In this document: piece by piece, positions 35,562 through 47,580 of the stretch
How positions within the stretch are numbered: position 1 is the first letter of the stretch
Layout of the letters: each line of letters begins with the position of its first letter
NCBI GenBank assembly: GCA_009103225.1
Contig: RHPI01002568.1
Coordinates: 13,742-77,741, forward strand
Length of the DNA stretch: 64,000 nt
From: Chlorokybus atmophyticus
Taxonomy: Eukaryota > Plantae > Mesostigma and Chlorokybus algae
Direction: 5' to 3'
The notes under the pieces: generated by a model
Databases searched by the model: none
Seen by the model: the letters and a program-made list of their open reading frames with translations, nothing else
Told to the model about the DNA's origin: nothing
Translations under genes and position numbers: made by a program

Positions 35562-38027
35562 TGTAACAGTCAAGGCCAAATTCTGTGATTTTCATGGCCG
35601 TTTTAGGCCTTATTTGTAAGGTACATGTTTTTAATGACTTGTGGCGGATATCGGCGAGTTATGAGTCTGCCGCGGATATCGACCGGGGCCCCAAGACCAG
35701 TCCGGAAGGTGCCAGAAAACGGAGGGCCAGTCGAGAAGGGCTCGACCAGATTTCTGGAAGGGCCTGGCGCCAAGTAGTATAACTTGACCATATGAGCAGC
35801 AAATTAGGAGATCTTTGGTGCGTTGGAAAGGTCTAGAAGTGTACTACAAGATTCTACAAGAATATCTTAGCTTCTAGGTCCGTCTAGCGCTAGAATCGTC
35901 TAGACAGTAGCATGTGCAGACTGGTAGGTATAAAAGTGACATTCTACAATTTGCAATACAACCTTTAGCTCCCTAGTTTCTTGTGTGCAAGCTTGGTGGT
36001 GGTTAGCAGGGGTTGCTAGCGTGTGCCCACCGGTGTGTGCTTGCTTGTGTGACGATCCAAGGCGCTACACAAGTCGGTGTGTAGCTTCGAGCGCATGCGC
36101 GTGCGTACGCGAGTGGCGGGGCGCGCGTGTGTGCTTGGCAGAGGGGGCAAGGTTCCGGTGTGAATACCGTGTCTTGGTGAGAGGGTTGTGGATTGGACCA
36201 ACTCACAGGTGACAAGGCACGAGCACCGTCACAACTGGTATCGGAGCACGGTTTACGAAGGTGAGAGAGGAAGTGTGTGGGCGTTTACACTTTTCATTCG
36301 GAAGCGGAGTGTAGTGTGTTAGTGGAGATGGAGGATGCTCGCATGGAAGAGCTTCAAGCTGCCATCTTGGCACTGAGGGAAGAGCTTCATCACACTCAAG
36401 CGGCGGCACAAGCACAACGCGAGGCGTATGAGCATGCGATGGCGCGTGTACAAATTCCCATGGCATCAAGCTCGCGCGTGCATGTGAAGGTGCCAAAGCC
36501 CAAGCCATTCAAGGGTCAACGTGATGGAGATGCAGTGGATGAATGGATTTTTCAAGTATCGTCTTGGTTGAAGCTCACGGAGGTGCCCACGCATCTGCAC
36601 GTGGAGGTTGCAGCGACATTGCTTGAAGGTGCAGCACTTGTGTGGTGGAGGCATCGATGTACGTGTGTTGCAAACGGGTTGGCGCTACCATTGACCACCA
36701 TGGAAGAGTTGGCACTGGAGGTCAGGCATCAATTTGTTCCCGTTGAGAGCGTGAAGGCCGCACGCGACAAACTTGCAGCCCTTGTGCAAATGGGGTCGGT
36801 GATGGCGTACACGGCCGCGTTTCAGCGATTGGTGATGTCCATACCCAATATGACCGAGGAGGAGCAGTTGGACAGGTATACACGTGGTTTAAAACCTTTG
36901 GGGCGTAAAGAAGTGGAGCTACGGGACCCGAAGACACTCGCGGAGGCTATACGCATCGCGGAGCGTCTCGACGCGTTGTACTTCAAGTCCACCACAAGAA
37001 ACACTGACTGGAGGCAAAGGCATGGTGATCAGCCCCGGGGAGGCGTTCAACATGCATGGAGACGAGGAGAACCAAGTTTAGCACTTACTAATGAAGGTGG
37101 AGCTGACTCTGGGCCTGCACCAATGGAGGTGGGTGCCATACACACGCATGGAAGTGAGGCGAAGCACGGCGGACGTGGTGAAAGAGGTAAAGGTGTGCGC
37201 AAGTGTTATGCGTGTGGGTCGACGGAGCATTTGGCGTACGGATGCCCCAAACGAAGCACGCAAAGGCCAACACCGGATGGCAACCCTCGCCGTGATCGTC
37301 GCGTCAACACCATGGAGCAAAATGGCGTGGAGCAGGAAAACGACTTCCCCCAGTATGTAACAGTCAAGGCCAAATTCTGTGATTTTCATGGCCGTTTTAG
37401 GCCTTATTTGTAAGGTACATGTTTTTAATGACTTGTGGCGGATATCGGCGAGTTATGAGTCTGTCGCGGATATCGACCGGGGCCCCAAGACCAGTCCGGA
37501 AGGTGCCAGAAAACGGAGGGCCAGTCGAGAAGGGCTCGACCAGATTTCTGGAAGGGCCTGGCGCCAAGTAGTATAACTTGACCATATGAGCAGCAAATTA
37601 GGAGATCTTTGGTGCGTTGGAAAGGTCTAGAAGTGTACTACAAGATTCTACAAGAATATCTTAGCTTCTAGGTCCGTCTAGCGCTAGAATCGTCTAGACA
37701 GTAGCATGTGCAGACTGGTAGGTATAAAAGTGACATTCTACAATTTGCAATACAACCTTTAGCTCCCTAGTTTCTTGTGTGCAAGCTTGGTGGTGGTTAG
37801 AAGGGGTTGCTAGCGTGTGCCCACCGGTGTGTGCTTGCTTGTGTGACGATCCAAGGCGCTACACAAGTCGGTGTGTAGCTTCGAGCGCATGCGCGTGCGT
37901 ACGCGAGTGGCGGGGCGCGCGTGTGTGCTTGGCAGAGGGGGCAAGGTTCCGGTGTGAATACCGTGTCTTGGTGAGAGGGTTGTGGATTGGACCAACTCAC
38001 AGGTGACAAGGCACGAGCACCGTCACA
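35562..38027 (+). mobile_element. LTR-gag-LTR chromovirus derivative (no pol, no PPT), TSD GAAAC
   Basis: LTRs 35562-36233 and 37356-38027 (672 bp, ~2 substitutions by eye). TSD GAAAC at 35557-35561 and 38028-38032. PBS 36236-36254. Confidence 0.95.
36328..37413 (+). CDS. gag: Complete Gag with CCHC knuckle, reading through into the 3' LTR
   Basis: Retrotrans_gag-like region (RDKLAALVQMGSVMAYTAAF..YTRGLK), PAPMEVG, CYACGSTEHLAYGC and QENDFPQ, then 19 LTR-encoded codons. Confidence 0.9.
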   Translation: MEDARMEELQAAILALREELHHTQAAAQAQREAYEHAMARVQIPMASSSRVHVKVPKPKPFKGQRDGDAVDEWIFQVSSWLKLTEVPTHLHVEVAATLLEGAALVWWRHRCTCVANGLALPLTTMEELALEVRHQFVPVESVKAARDKLAALVQMGSVMAYTAAFQRLVMSIPNMTEEEQLDRYTRGLKPLGRKEVELRDPKTLAEAIRIAERLDALYFKSTTRNTDWRQRHGDQPRGGVQHAWRRGEPSLALTNEGGADSGPAPMEVGAIHTHGSEAKHGGRGERGKGVRKCYACGSTEHLAYGCPKRSTQRPTPDGNPRRDRRVNTMEQNGVEQENDFPQYVTVKAKFCDFHGRFRPYL

Positions 38028-39469
38028 GAAACACACAACAAGTCTTTACTCCGCTAACACTCTCAACTTGCTGACATTATTAATCGGTTGCCGGCATAGC
38101 CAAAGGTGGCAAAGCACATAACTAAGGTCAGCACATGTGGTGAAGGGGGCAATTAGGCAGCTGGCTGGTAAGGTGCACCTCTGCTGCCAACGTGTGGAAG
38201 GCAACAGATAGGAGTATATAAGGAGGATGCTGGCAGTTGCCAGACATCATGATGATGAAAAGTTTTGAGCTCCTTATGCTCACTACTGTGTGAGCGGTGC
38301 TTGGCAGTAGCTGTTAAAGGGGCCTTCCTCTGATCTATGTGTAGTAGGCTGTGTGCTGTCACACGGTGTCGGGAGCGGTGTGCGAAGGAAGATTGAAGGA
38401 CAGACTTCACAGGTTTGTCTTTGAGAGCCTGCTCTAAAGAGAAGAACTTAAGACCATCCCCTGCTGTGATGGTTCTACTTAAAGACCGAGTAGTGCGTCT
38501 TGCATACTCTGTTGTATCAGGGGGACTGGCAGTGTGGACATGTACGTCAATGAGTCTTGCTGCATGTAGTTGCTACATCATGTGCCTGCAGCGCCCGCTG
38601 TGTGTATGCTGTTGCGTGGTTGCGTGGTTGCGCTGTTGCGTACATGCCGTACGACATGACTATCGTGATGACCGAACGAAGCCACGTAGCATGAACGAAG
38701 CTGCGCAGCTTAAACGAAGCCACGTAGCATGTACGACCAGGGGGGATATGATCGCGCAACAGCCTCCAGCAGCGGCGAGGGTTGTGTTGAGTTAGAGTAA
38801 GCTGTGCATAGCTCTGCCTTGGTCCGCATGTAAATCGCATGACTGCTTGCTTGTTTTGGCCCTACCGCCACCTACTTCGGGGTTTGCCATGCGCAACCTT
38901 TATTTGTTATGTATGCCAGTGCTCATTTGCATTGGTTGGCTATTTTTGGTAAGTTGGTAAGTTGTTACAAAGGCCTGTGTGGTCAACCTTACACATGATT
39001 CTCTCTTGATACAACAAGCTAACACAGTTTTTGTGTGCAACGAAGGTTGGTGGTATTACAAGAGCAAGCTAGTCGTACCTGACATGTTCGCCATGCGACA
39101 GGAGTGCATGTAGAGGCCCATAACATTGTGTAGAATGAAACCATGAGTACGCGCAAGATCATCAAGCAGCTCGAGAGCTCTTGAGGTGGTACTGGTGTTC
39201 AAGCATGCCAGCTGATATGACAAGGTACGTGGGTACATGTGGCATATGTCTGCGTGCCAAGGCTTTATCATGCCAGCGGTCCAGGAGGGGTCAACTTCCT
39301 TGCTGATGCCTACAGCCAGGCGTCGTTCCCGTGCTACTAGCATCGACAATCCTTCTTATCAGTCATGCCTACAGCCAGACATCGACCCCGGCTACCGGCA
39401 TGAGTCCCACACGACACGAAGCAGTTGTCAGGCAGTCTTCGTAGGTACCTAATATAATCCGTGCTAGCT

Positions 39470-39524
39470 AATCCATTGCGAGTTCTGACTTAGGCTTGAT
39501 CTAAGTCAGAACTCGCAATGGATT
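39470..39524. repeat. Perfect hairpin, 24-bp stem with 7-nt loop
   Basis: AATCCATTGCGAGTTCTGACTTAG-gcttgat-CTAAGTCAGAACTCGCAATGGATT. Confidence 0.95.
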
Positions 39525-39694
39525 CGTAAACTAGCCGTTATCTTAGGACTGAACAGATCGTCAAGGATGCCCTGCTATATAGTGTCGACACTGTCCCTCT
39601 CCATCGTCAGGAGCTGGTCACGACTTCCGCACCCTTCTCATCAACGACGAAACCCTCACTATGTTTTGGGATCTGTACAACCGCCGGTCGGCGC

Positions 39695-42600
39695 TGTTGA
39701 GAGTATTCCTACATACGATCAGCATCGACCCTCCACACAGGAGTAGAAGGTCGTAAGGACGAGCACTAGGTCCGGACTTAGCAAGATGGCATCGTCGGAC
39801 CAGACTCCGGACTCCAGACTGGAGCCTTACTAACTGCTTCGTATCTCCGCGTATACTTACTCATATTAGGCGTGTAAGAGCTTGTTGGAAAGCTCTGGTT
39901 GTAAGAAAGACAACACAGCTTAGAGCGCGTCAAACGGCTGAGTATAGCTTACGCAGTGCTTGCAAATGTAGACGTGTGTAACTGGCTGGTATAAGAACCA
40001 GCGGACAACTTGTAATAGATGAATGTGATGTGACTTGTGTATGCTCTGGTGGCGGTAGCTCTGTCCGTGTGTGTCCATGCTTGCCTCAACTACATGTGCA
40101 TGCTAGTCCTTCAACAGGTTATGGGCTCACACTACGCTTGAGGAGTGTGAGACTAGCTTGTGTGCATAGTAGTTCTACACTACGGTAGCTTGTTGGTAGC
40201 AGAGCCTTGGGTGTCAGCTGCAAGAAAGGCAGGCTCGACAGAAATGGAGGCGACCTACGACAAGGGGCAGATTGCAAAGCTGGACACCGACAACTACAAC
40301 ACATGGTGCGTGGAGATGAAGGCCTTGCTCATCCACAAGAAGGTGTGGAAGTACGTTGATCCGAAGGCACCACCACCAACACCAGGAGCGAACACTGTGT
40401 GGTCAGAGCATTCAGCAGAAGCACACTCTTTGCTTGTGTTGAACAGCAAACCGCATCACTTTCCCATGCTCACTGCATGTGAAGATGGTAGACAAGCTTG
40501 GGAAAAGCTATCAGCCGTTTTCAGAGCCAAGAACAATGCCAGAAAGTTGCATCTACGCAAGCAGCTCAGCGCACTCAGGAAGGAGGCAGCAGAACCCATC
40601 ACAAAGTATGTTGCGCGCGCGAGAGAGCTGTGGGCGGACCTCATCAACGTCGGCCACAACATGGGGGAGACGGAGGTAGTGCTGGCCATTGTTGCAGGGC
40701 TACCAGCAGAGTACGAGGTCGTCGCAACCCTGCTGGAGACGTCATCATCGGAGTTGACGTTGGACGATGTGCTACCGAAGCTGCTCACCGTGGAGCAGAG
40801 GGTTGTGAAGAAGGACGAGCAAGCGGATGCCGTCGCCTTCTACACCGGCAAGCACGCAAAGAAGAGCAACCATGAAGAGAAGTACAAGGGCAACAAGCCA
40901 GGCAATCCTCGTCACAAAGACCTCACATGCCACTGGTGTGGTTGGAAGGGGCACATTGTGAAGGACTGTAGGAAGAAACAACAGGGGCAACCTAGAGCAA
41001 GCACCAGCAACAGCGGCAACGAGCACCAACACAAGGAGAAACATGTCGCCTTCACTGCATCCAGTTCGAGGGCGGGCACAGCTTTCTGGGTGGTGGACTC
41101 TGGCTGCGATCGTCATCTCACACCAAACAAGGAGGTGATGGAGGGCTACAGGAAGCTGACGTCCACAATCAAGGTGGCGGGCTTCGGTGGCGAAGTACTG
41201 GTGGCTGAGGGAGTTGGCAACGTACGACTCCAGTGCAAGGTTGGTAACACACTACGCGAGGTGTTGTTACGCAACGTCCTGCATGTTCCTAAGGCTATTG
41301 CGAGTCTATTCTCTGTGAGGGTTGCGGAGCGCTTAGGCGCGGAGATCCTATTTCGGAAGGGTGGCTGCTCAGTCATCCTTGATGGGGTCGTGCACATGGT
41401 TGGAATCGCTGATCCGGGAGGGCTCTACCACGTGGAGCAGCACCCTAAGGACATTGACATTCAAGCCATGGTGGTGAAGGACAAGGAGTCGCCAACATTG
41501 TGGCATCGAAGGTTCGGGCATCTCAGCTACGTCAACCTCACTCGCCTTGTCGCTGAGAAAATGGTCAAGGGCATACGCCACGAGACAACGGCACCCTACA
41601 CCCCGCAGCAGAATGGAGCAGCTGAACGCCTCAACAGGACACTCTTGGAGCGTGTTCGAGCCATGCTCAACGACACAAAGATGGAAGACAGTATGTGGAA
41701 GGAGGCGGTACTCACTGCCAACTACATCCGCAACAGGTCTCCGGTGAGCTCAGAGCAGAAGACTCCGTGGGAGCACTTCTATGGAGCCACACCAGATGTG
41801 AGTGGTATGCGTGTGTTTGGATGCACGGCATATGCACTAGTGCCTAAACAGCTCAGGCACAAGCTGGAGCCGGTTAGCAAGAAGGGCATCTTCATTGGCT
41901 ATGAACCGGGTTTCAAGGCTTACAGGATCTTGCTCGAGGACACTCAGAAGATCATTGTGAGCAGAGAGGTGGTTTCCACAAAGGATTATCACAACCACAA
42001 GCAGGCTTCTTTCCGAAGATGAAGCACAGCCGGAGCATCCTGAAATAGTGGAGGCTACAGGCAAGGCCATCATCAACGATAAGGGTGAGCAGGACTCCAT
42101 TGTAGCAGACAAGCAGTCGCACCTGCAGCAGGAGCACGCAGCTCGGAGATACCCAGTGAGGGAGAGAAAGGCACCTGACTTCCTACACAAGGCACACGTC
42201 GCCAGTGTGCAGCATGAGGAGCCAAGCACCTACGAGGAGGCATTGTTAGCACCAGATGCGGAGCAATGGCAGCGTGCTATGGACGAGGAGATTGCGTCAC
42301 TCCATGCCAACAACACTTGGTCACTGGAGCAGTTACCGCAAGGAGTGAAGACCATTCCAGTGAAATGGGTCTTCAAGGTGAAGCGTGATGGTCAGGGCAA
42401 TATTGAGCGCTACAAGGCAAGATTGGTGGCAAAGGGCTTTTTGCAGCAGGAAGGTGTGGACTTCAACGAAGTGTTTGCACCTGCAAGTAAGTATACCACT
42501 TTCCGTGCACTGCTAGCTGTAGTTGCCGCTGAGGACCTCAAGCTGCATCACCTGGATGTGAAGACTGCCTTCCTCTACGGAGAGCTGGAGGAGGAGATCT

Positions 42601-44217
42601 TCATCGAGCAACCACCTGGATATGAAGAAGGGGAGAGAGGCACAGCGTGCAAGCTGATCAAGGCATTGTACGGGCTGCGACAGGCACCGCGTATGTGGCA
42701 CATCAAGCTCACCAAGGAGCTAGAGGCACTTGGCTTCACCGCATCCTCTGCAGACCCTGGGCTCTTCATCCATGCCGACAACAAGGTCTGGCTGCTCGTG
42801 TATGTTGATGATATCATCATCACCGCCAGGCAGGTGCACCACCTGCAGGAGACGAAACTTGCTTTGCAGCAAGCATTCTCAGTTCGTGATCTTGGAGAGG
42901 CCAAGTGGTTCCTTGGCATGGTGATTGAGCGCGAAAGGGCGGCTCGCACAATCAAGATCAGTCAGGAGCAGATGGTGAGAAGACTCGTCACCAAGTTTGG
43001 GCTCACTGAAGCGAAGACCAAGACCACACCGTTGGCACTTGGCACTGCCCTCATCAAGGCAAAGGATGAGGAGGTACTCGACAAGGCTCAGTATCCATAT
43101 GGTGAGCTGGTAGGCAGCATGCTCTATCTGGCAGTGTGCACACGTCCCGATGTTGCACATGCTGTGGGAGTACTTGCTCGCTACATGTCTGCACCGAGCA
43201 TGGAGCACTGGAGAGCAGCAAAGGGAGTACTACGCTATGTTGCTGGGAGCGCAACAGTTGGCATCAAGTTTGGGAGCGGGAGCACTGAGTTGGAGGGCTA
43301 CTGCGACTCGGACTTTGCTGGTGACCTCAACAGCAGGAGGTCCACTACAGGCTACGTCTTCAAGCTGAACGGAGGCGTGGTGAGCTGGAACAGCAGGCTG
43401 CAGCCAACAACAGCAGCATCTACATCAGAGGCTGAGTACATGGCAGCGGCAGCAGCAGTGAAGGAGGCACTCTGGCTTCGCAAGCTCATGGCAGACTTGG
43501 AGCACCCCATGGCGTGCATCGTCATCAACTGTGACAACCAAGGAGCCATCAAGTTGTTGAAGCACCCTATCGCCTCGGCAAGGACGAAGCACATTGATGT
43601 CATGCATCACTTTGTGCGTGACAGAGTCACAAGGAAGGAGGTGGAGTTCCAGTACTGCAACACCGAGGGCATGCTGGCGGACTTCATGACAAAGCCATTG
43701 TCACCACTCAAGTTCAAGACTTGTTGTGCAGGACTTGGCATCTGTGTTTGACTACAGGAGCAAGCGCTGGAGGTCAAGCTGCTCGCGTGGGAGTGTTGAG
43801 AGTATTCCTACATACGATCAGCATCGACCCTCCACACAGGAGTAGAAGGTCGTAAGGACGAGCACTAGGTCCGGACTTAGCAAGATGGCATCGTCGGACC
43901 AGACTCCGGACTCCAGACTGGAGCCTTACTAACTGCTTCGTATCTCCGCGTATACTTACTCATATTAGGCGTGTAAGAGCTTGTTGAAAAGCTCTGGTTG
44001 TAAGAAAGACAACACAGCTTAGAGCGCGTCAAACGGCTGAGTATAGCTTACGCAGTGCTTGCAAATGTAGACGTGTGTGTAACTGGCTGGTATAAGAACC
44101 AGCGGACAACTTGTAATAGATGAATGTGATGTGACTTGTGTATGCTCTGGTGGCGGTAGCTCTGTCCGTGTGTGTCCATGCTTGCCTCAACTACATGTGC
44201 ATGCTAGTCCTTCAACA
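39695..44217 (+). mobile_element. Ty1/Copia element A, TSD GGCGC, near-identical LTRs, integrase internally deleted
   Basis: LTRs 39695-40116 and 43794-44217 (TGTTGAG..TCAACA; 1 substitution and a 2-bp indel by eye). PBS GGTTATGGGCTC 40117-40128. TSD 39690-39694 and 44218-44222. Confidence 0.97.
40244..43751 (+). pseudogene. pol: Copia gag-PR-IN(delta)-RT-RH; frameshifted at ~41975-42015
   Basis: CHWCGWKGHIVKDC, WVVDSGC, LWHRRFGH..KGI|RHETTAPYTPQQNG, RYKARLVAKG, LVYVDD, GYCDSDFAGD, KHIDV. Confidence 0.93.
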
Positions 44218-47199
44218 GGCGCTGGAGCATCCAGCATTGCTGGAACCACCCAACCAAGAGCCGTCCAACCTGGACCACTTCGACGACTTGGACCCGCAGG
44301 TGGTTCAACTGTTACGGGCATTTGCTGCGCATTTGCAGGGCAACGACCCTAAGTTGGACACATGTTCATGGCGTGAGCAATGCCGCCGCTTTTATGCACT
44401 AGATTGGGCTCGTCAGCTCCGTGAACAGCAAGAATAGGTGTCCGTCGTCGCGAACGGGACTACTTTAAAGATGTCCAACAGGACATCGACAAAGCACCAG
44501 CTGCGGCATCAGGGATGACTGTGCACCTCGACAAGTGCACTTTCTTTACCCACAAGGTTCCCTACCTTGGTCACATGATCGTGCCCAACGGCGTGTATAT
44601 TCAGCAGGCCAAGGTGGAGGCGTTGGCATCTATCCCAGCCCCGACAAACCTGACCCAACTGCGTGCCTTCCTCGGCCTCACCAACTACTACAGGAGGTTC
44701 GTTATAGACTTTGCCAAGGTGGCGCGCCCCCTGAACGAACTTCTCAAGAAGGAGACAGAGTGGAGCTGAAAGGAGGCCCAGCAACAGGCTTGCGAAGAGC
44801 TGAAGCAGAGGCTCACCTCAGCCCCATCCTGCAGCGACCAAACTACACCAATCCCTTTGTTCTTCATACCAACTGGAGCAAGCTCGGCATGGGCGCTGTA
44901 TTGGTTCAGCTCGACGACAACAAGAGGGAGCGGGTGATGTATTACGCCAGCCGCAGCAACAACAGCGCTAAGACCAACTACAGCAGTTACGAAGGCGAAT
45001 GCCTTGCTGCAGTATGGGCCATCTCCTTCTTCAGACCTCTTCTGTTCGGAAGACAGTTCTTACTGATCACCGACCACCAACCATTGCGCTGGCTCAAGAC
45101 CAACCAGCACCTTACGGGCAAGTTGGCCAAGTGGGCTCTGCTGCTACAGGAGTACAACTTCGAGATCACCTACCGGGCAGACCTGGTCAACCAGGACGCA
45201 AACGGCCTCAGTTGCAACCCCCACCTTTCCACCAACGACGCCACTGGTGCCCGACATGAGCTGGGTCCGGAGGCACCACCACCGCAAATGGCCACCATGT
45301 TTGCCGTAGCTGCATTGCGCTTGGGACGGGACGCCATCACAGGAGCGGCTGCAGCAATGTCGGAAACAGAGGACATACCAGCGCTCACCCTCGTTGACAC
45401 CGACCCAGCTGAACAGACCACGCCAGATGATGCCCAACTCCCGGCTGCAGACATAGGTCAAAATATTTGGTTGGACAAGAACTTCATGGTCTACCTACAA
45501 CATGGACAACAGGTGGCAGGACTAAGCGCGCGCGAGCGTGACCGCGTCAGGCAGCATTGTTAGAACTATCGCTGGGAGGATGGACTCGTGTTTCGGCGGG
45601 TCCACATCCATGACAAGGAGGTACCGGCTTCGCACCGACGCGAGGGCATCGTCGCTGCACTCCACATAGAGTTTTGGCACTTCGGTATCAAGCGCACCGT
45701 CAGCTTGGTGAGTGCCCAGTACTGGTGGCATGGTTTGCACACCCAGGTTCGCGCCTTTGTTGCGAACTGCACGCACTGCGACCTGATGCGCGCCAGCCTC
45801 AACACCCGCACCAGCACGCTGCACCCACTCCCTGTCGCCGGCATGTTCTACCGTGGGACTGGACATCCTTGGAGATCTAGCACCCTCAGCTCGTGGCAAC
45901 AAGTTCATCCTCGTCATGATCGAACACTATTGGAAGTAGGTTGAGCTGGTCCCCCTTTCCGATAAAAGCAGCAGAGGAACCGCTCAGGCTCTCCTAGACC
46001 ATGTGCTTAGTCGTTTTGGCTCATGCGCTGAAGTCATCACCGACCAGGGAACGGAGTTCCGCGGCGAGTTCGACACCTTGCTCGATTGTTCCTAAATTAA
46101 CCATTGGCGCACCTTACGTGACCGTCCGCAGGCGGATGAACTGGCGGAATGAACGGTCCAGACCATCACGAAGGCCTTCCGCGCATATGTTATCGACCAC
46201 GAGAAGCGCATCTGGGATGACTACCTCCCCTGGATAGCCTTGGGCTATCGACTATCCAAGCAAGCTTCCTTGCGCATGTACAGCCCGTATCAGCTGTTGT
46301 TTGGCAGGGAACCCTTACTCCCCTTCCGCGCACAAAAGGAGGTGGAACGCGTGCTGGACAACCTCAACAACCCTGTGGCTATGTTGCACGACATGCAATA
46401 GCGCGCTTACCTGTTCGCACACGTCATCCCCATGGCCATGGGCAACCCCCGCATCGCTCAGCACCGGGACACACTGCGCTATGAACGCATCCGCAGTGGG
46501 TTCTACAAACAGCGCAGTCGCCGCTTCGAAGCGTGCGACTATGTCTACCGCATGATCCAAACCAAGGACACCCTTAACATCAGTGTCAAGCGTGTCGTCT
46601 ACAAGGTCCAAAAGGTACTCCCTCTGGAGTGCTGGATTTGCTTGGCAACAACGGCGAGCGCCTTAAGGACAGCATGGAGAACTGCGCTCCATGTCACCTG
46701 CCACACATTGCAGGCTTTGACGTCATTCAACACCCTTGACCCAATCGCAGCAAGCGTCGCGAGAAGTGCCGACAACGACGCATTCATGATGTTGTGCGAC
46801 GGCTGCAACAACGGTATGCACTGCTACTGCCTCAACCCGGTAAAAGACACTGTGCCTCTGGAGGCATATTGGTGCGAGGCCTGCCGCGTCCGTGGTCCTC
46901 CTCATTCTCGCTGAAGACTGCTCACTGGAGCAGAGACTTCTCTAGTTCACAAGGGGGGGTGGCTTGTTGACTTGCTCTCGTTAGCAATATCAGCAACGCA
47001 TTGTCATCACTCAGAGCGCACAGCACCACATCGTACCACATGTTGTCAGCCTCACATATGTTTCTCTCACAAGTAGGTACAAACAGGGGGGGTATTCTTT
47101 GCCTTCCGTGCTATGCAGCTACACAACCAACAGCCCACCAGGCTGGCCTCATTCCCCATCATGGCAATACAGTTGGGAGCCACCCGGAGGGGCATACGA

Positions 47200-47580
47200 C
47201 TCTGCCAGGCCCGACAGCTTCACGCAGAAAGCCTGGTCTACTAAAGTCATTGCAGTGACCAGTATCAATGGCAAGATGTCAGCATGGATCTCGGATCGAT
47301 TGGATCATTGAGCTTTGATCAAAGAACGTTACAGTGCACTCATTATCTTTGCAAACAGACTGACAAAGACGGTAAGCTTTAAGCCCTGCCGCACTGACGC
47401 AGATGCGAAAGAGTTTGCGTGATGTTTCATTAGCTCATGGTCAAGTCCCTTGAAGTATGACGAGAGCTGGTGTTAGATAGGGTCCCAAGTTCTTTAGCAA
47501 GTTTTCGCGAGCTATATGTGCGTTCATGGTACTAACCAAAGCTTGAGTACAGTCTACCACCCACACCGATCAGTCACTAT
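47200..47580 (+). pseudogene. Highly degraded Gypsy/chromovirus-type integrase fragment
   Basis: Across frameshifts: QKPGLLKSLQ..QWQDVSMD..IIFANRLTKTV..DRxPKFFSKF..LSTVYHP. Confidence 0.65.

Larger units (their letters stand above)
39530..46964 (+). mobile_element. Decayed Ty3/Gypsy pol remnant (partial RT, RNase H, integrase, C-terminal PHD finger), interrupted by a Copia
   Basis: The reading frame is continuous across the Copia insertion (..WDLYNRRSA|LEHPALLE..). RT tail HLDKC..YLGH..LRAFLGLTNYYRRF; RH PFVLHTNWS..YEGECLAAVW..ITDHQPL; IN HFGIKRT..CTHC; PHD LCDGCNNGMHCYCL..YWCEAC (46790-46885). PPT-like AAGGGGGGG at ~46951. Confidence 0.85.

Noticed and set aside
39056-39349. Minus-strand ORF considered as a KDZ/CxC transposon fragment
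   Set aside because: It lacks the diagnostic Cys/His spacing, so there is no supportable similarity.
46965-47200. Possible 3' LTR of the PHD-Gypsy starting TGTTGAC after the G run
   Set aside because: There is no second LTR copy or TSD in the window to define it.
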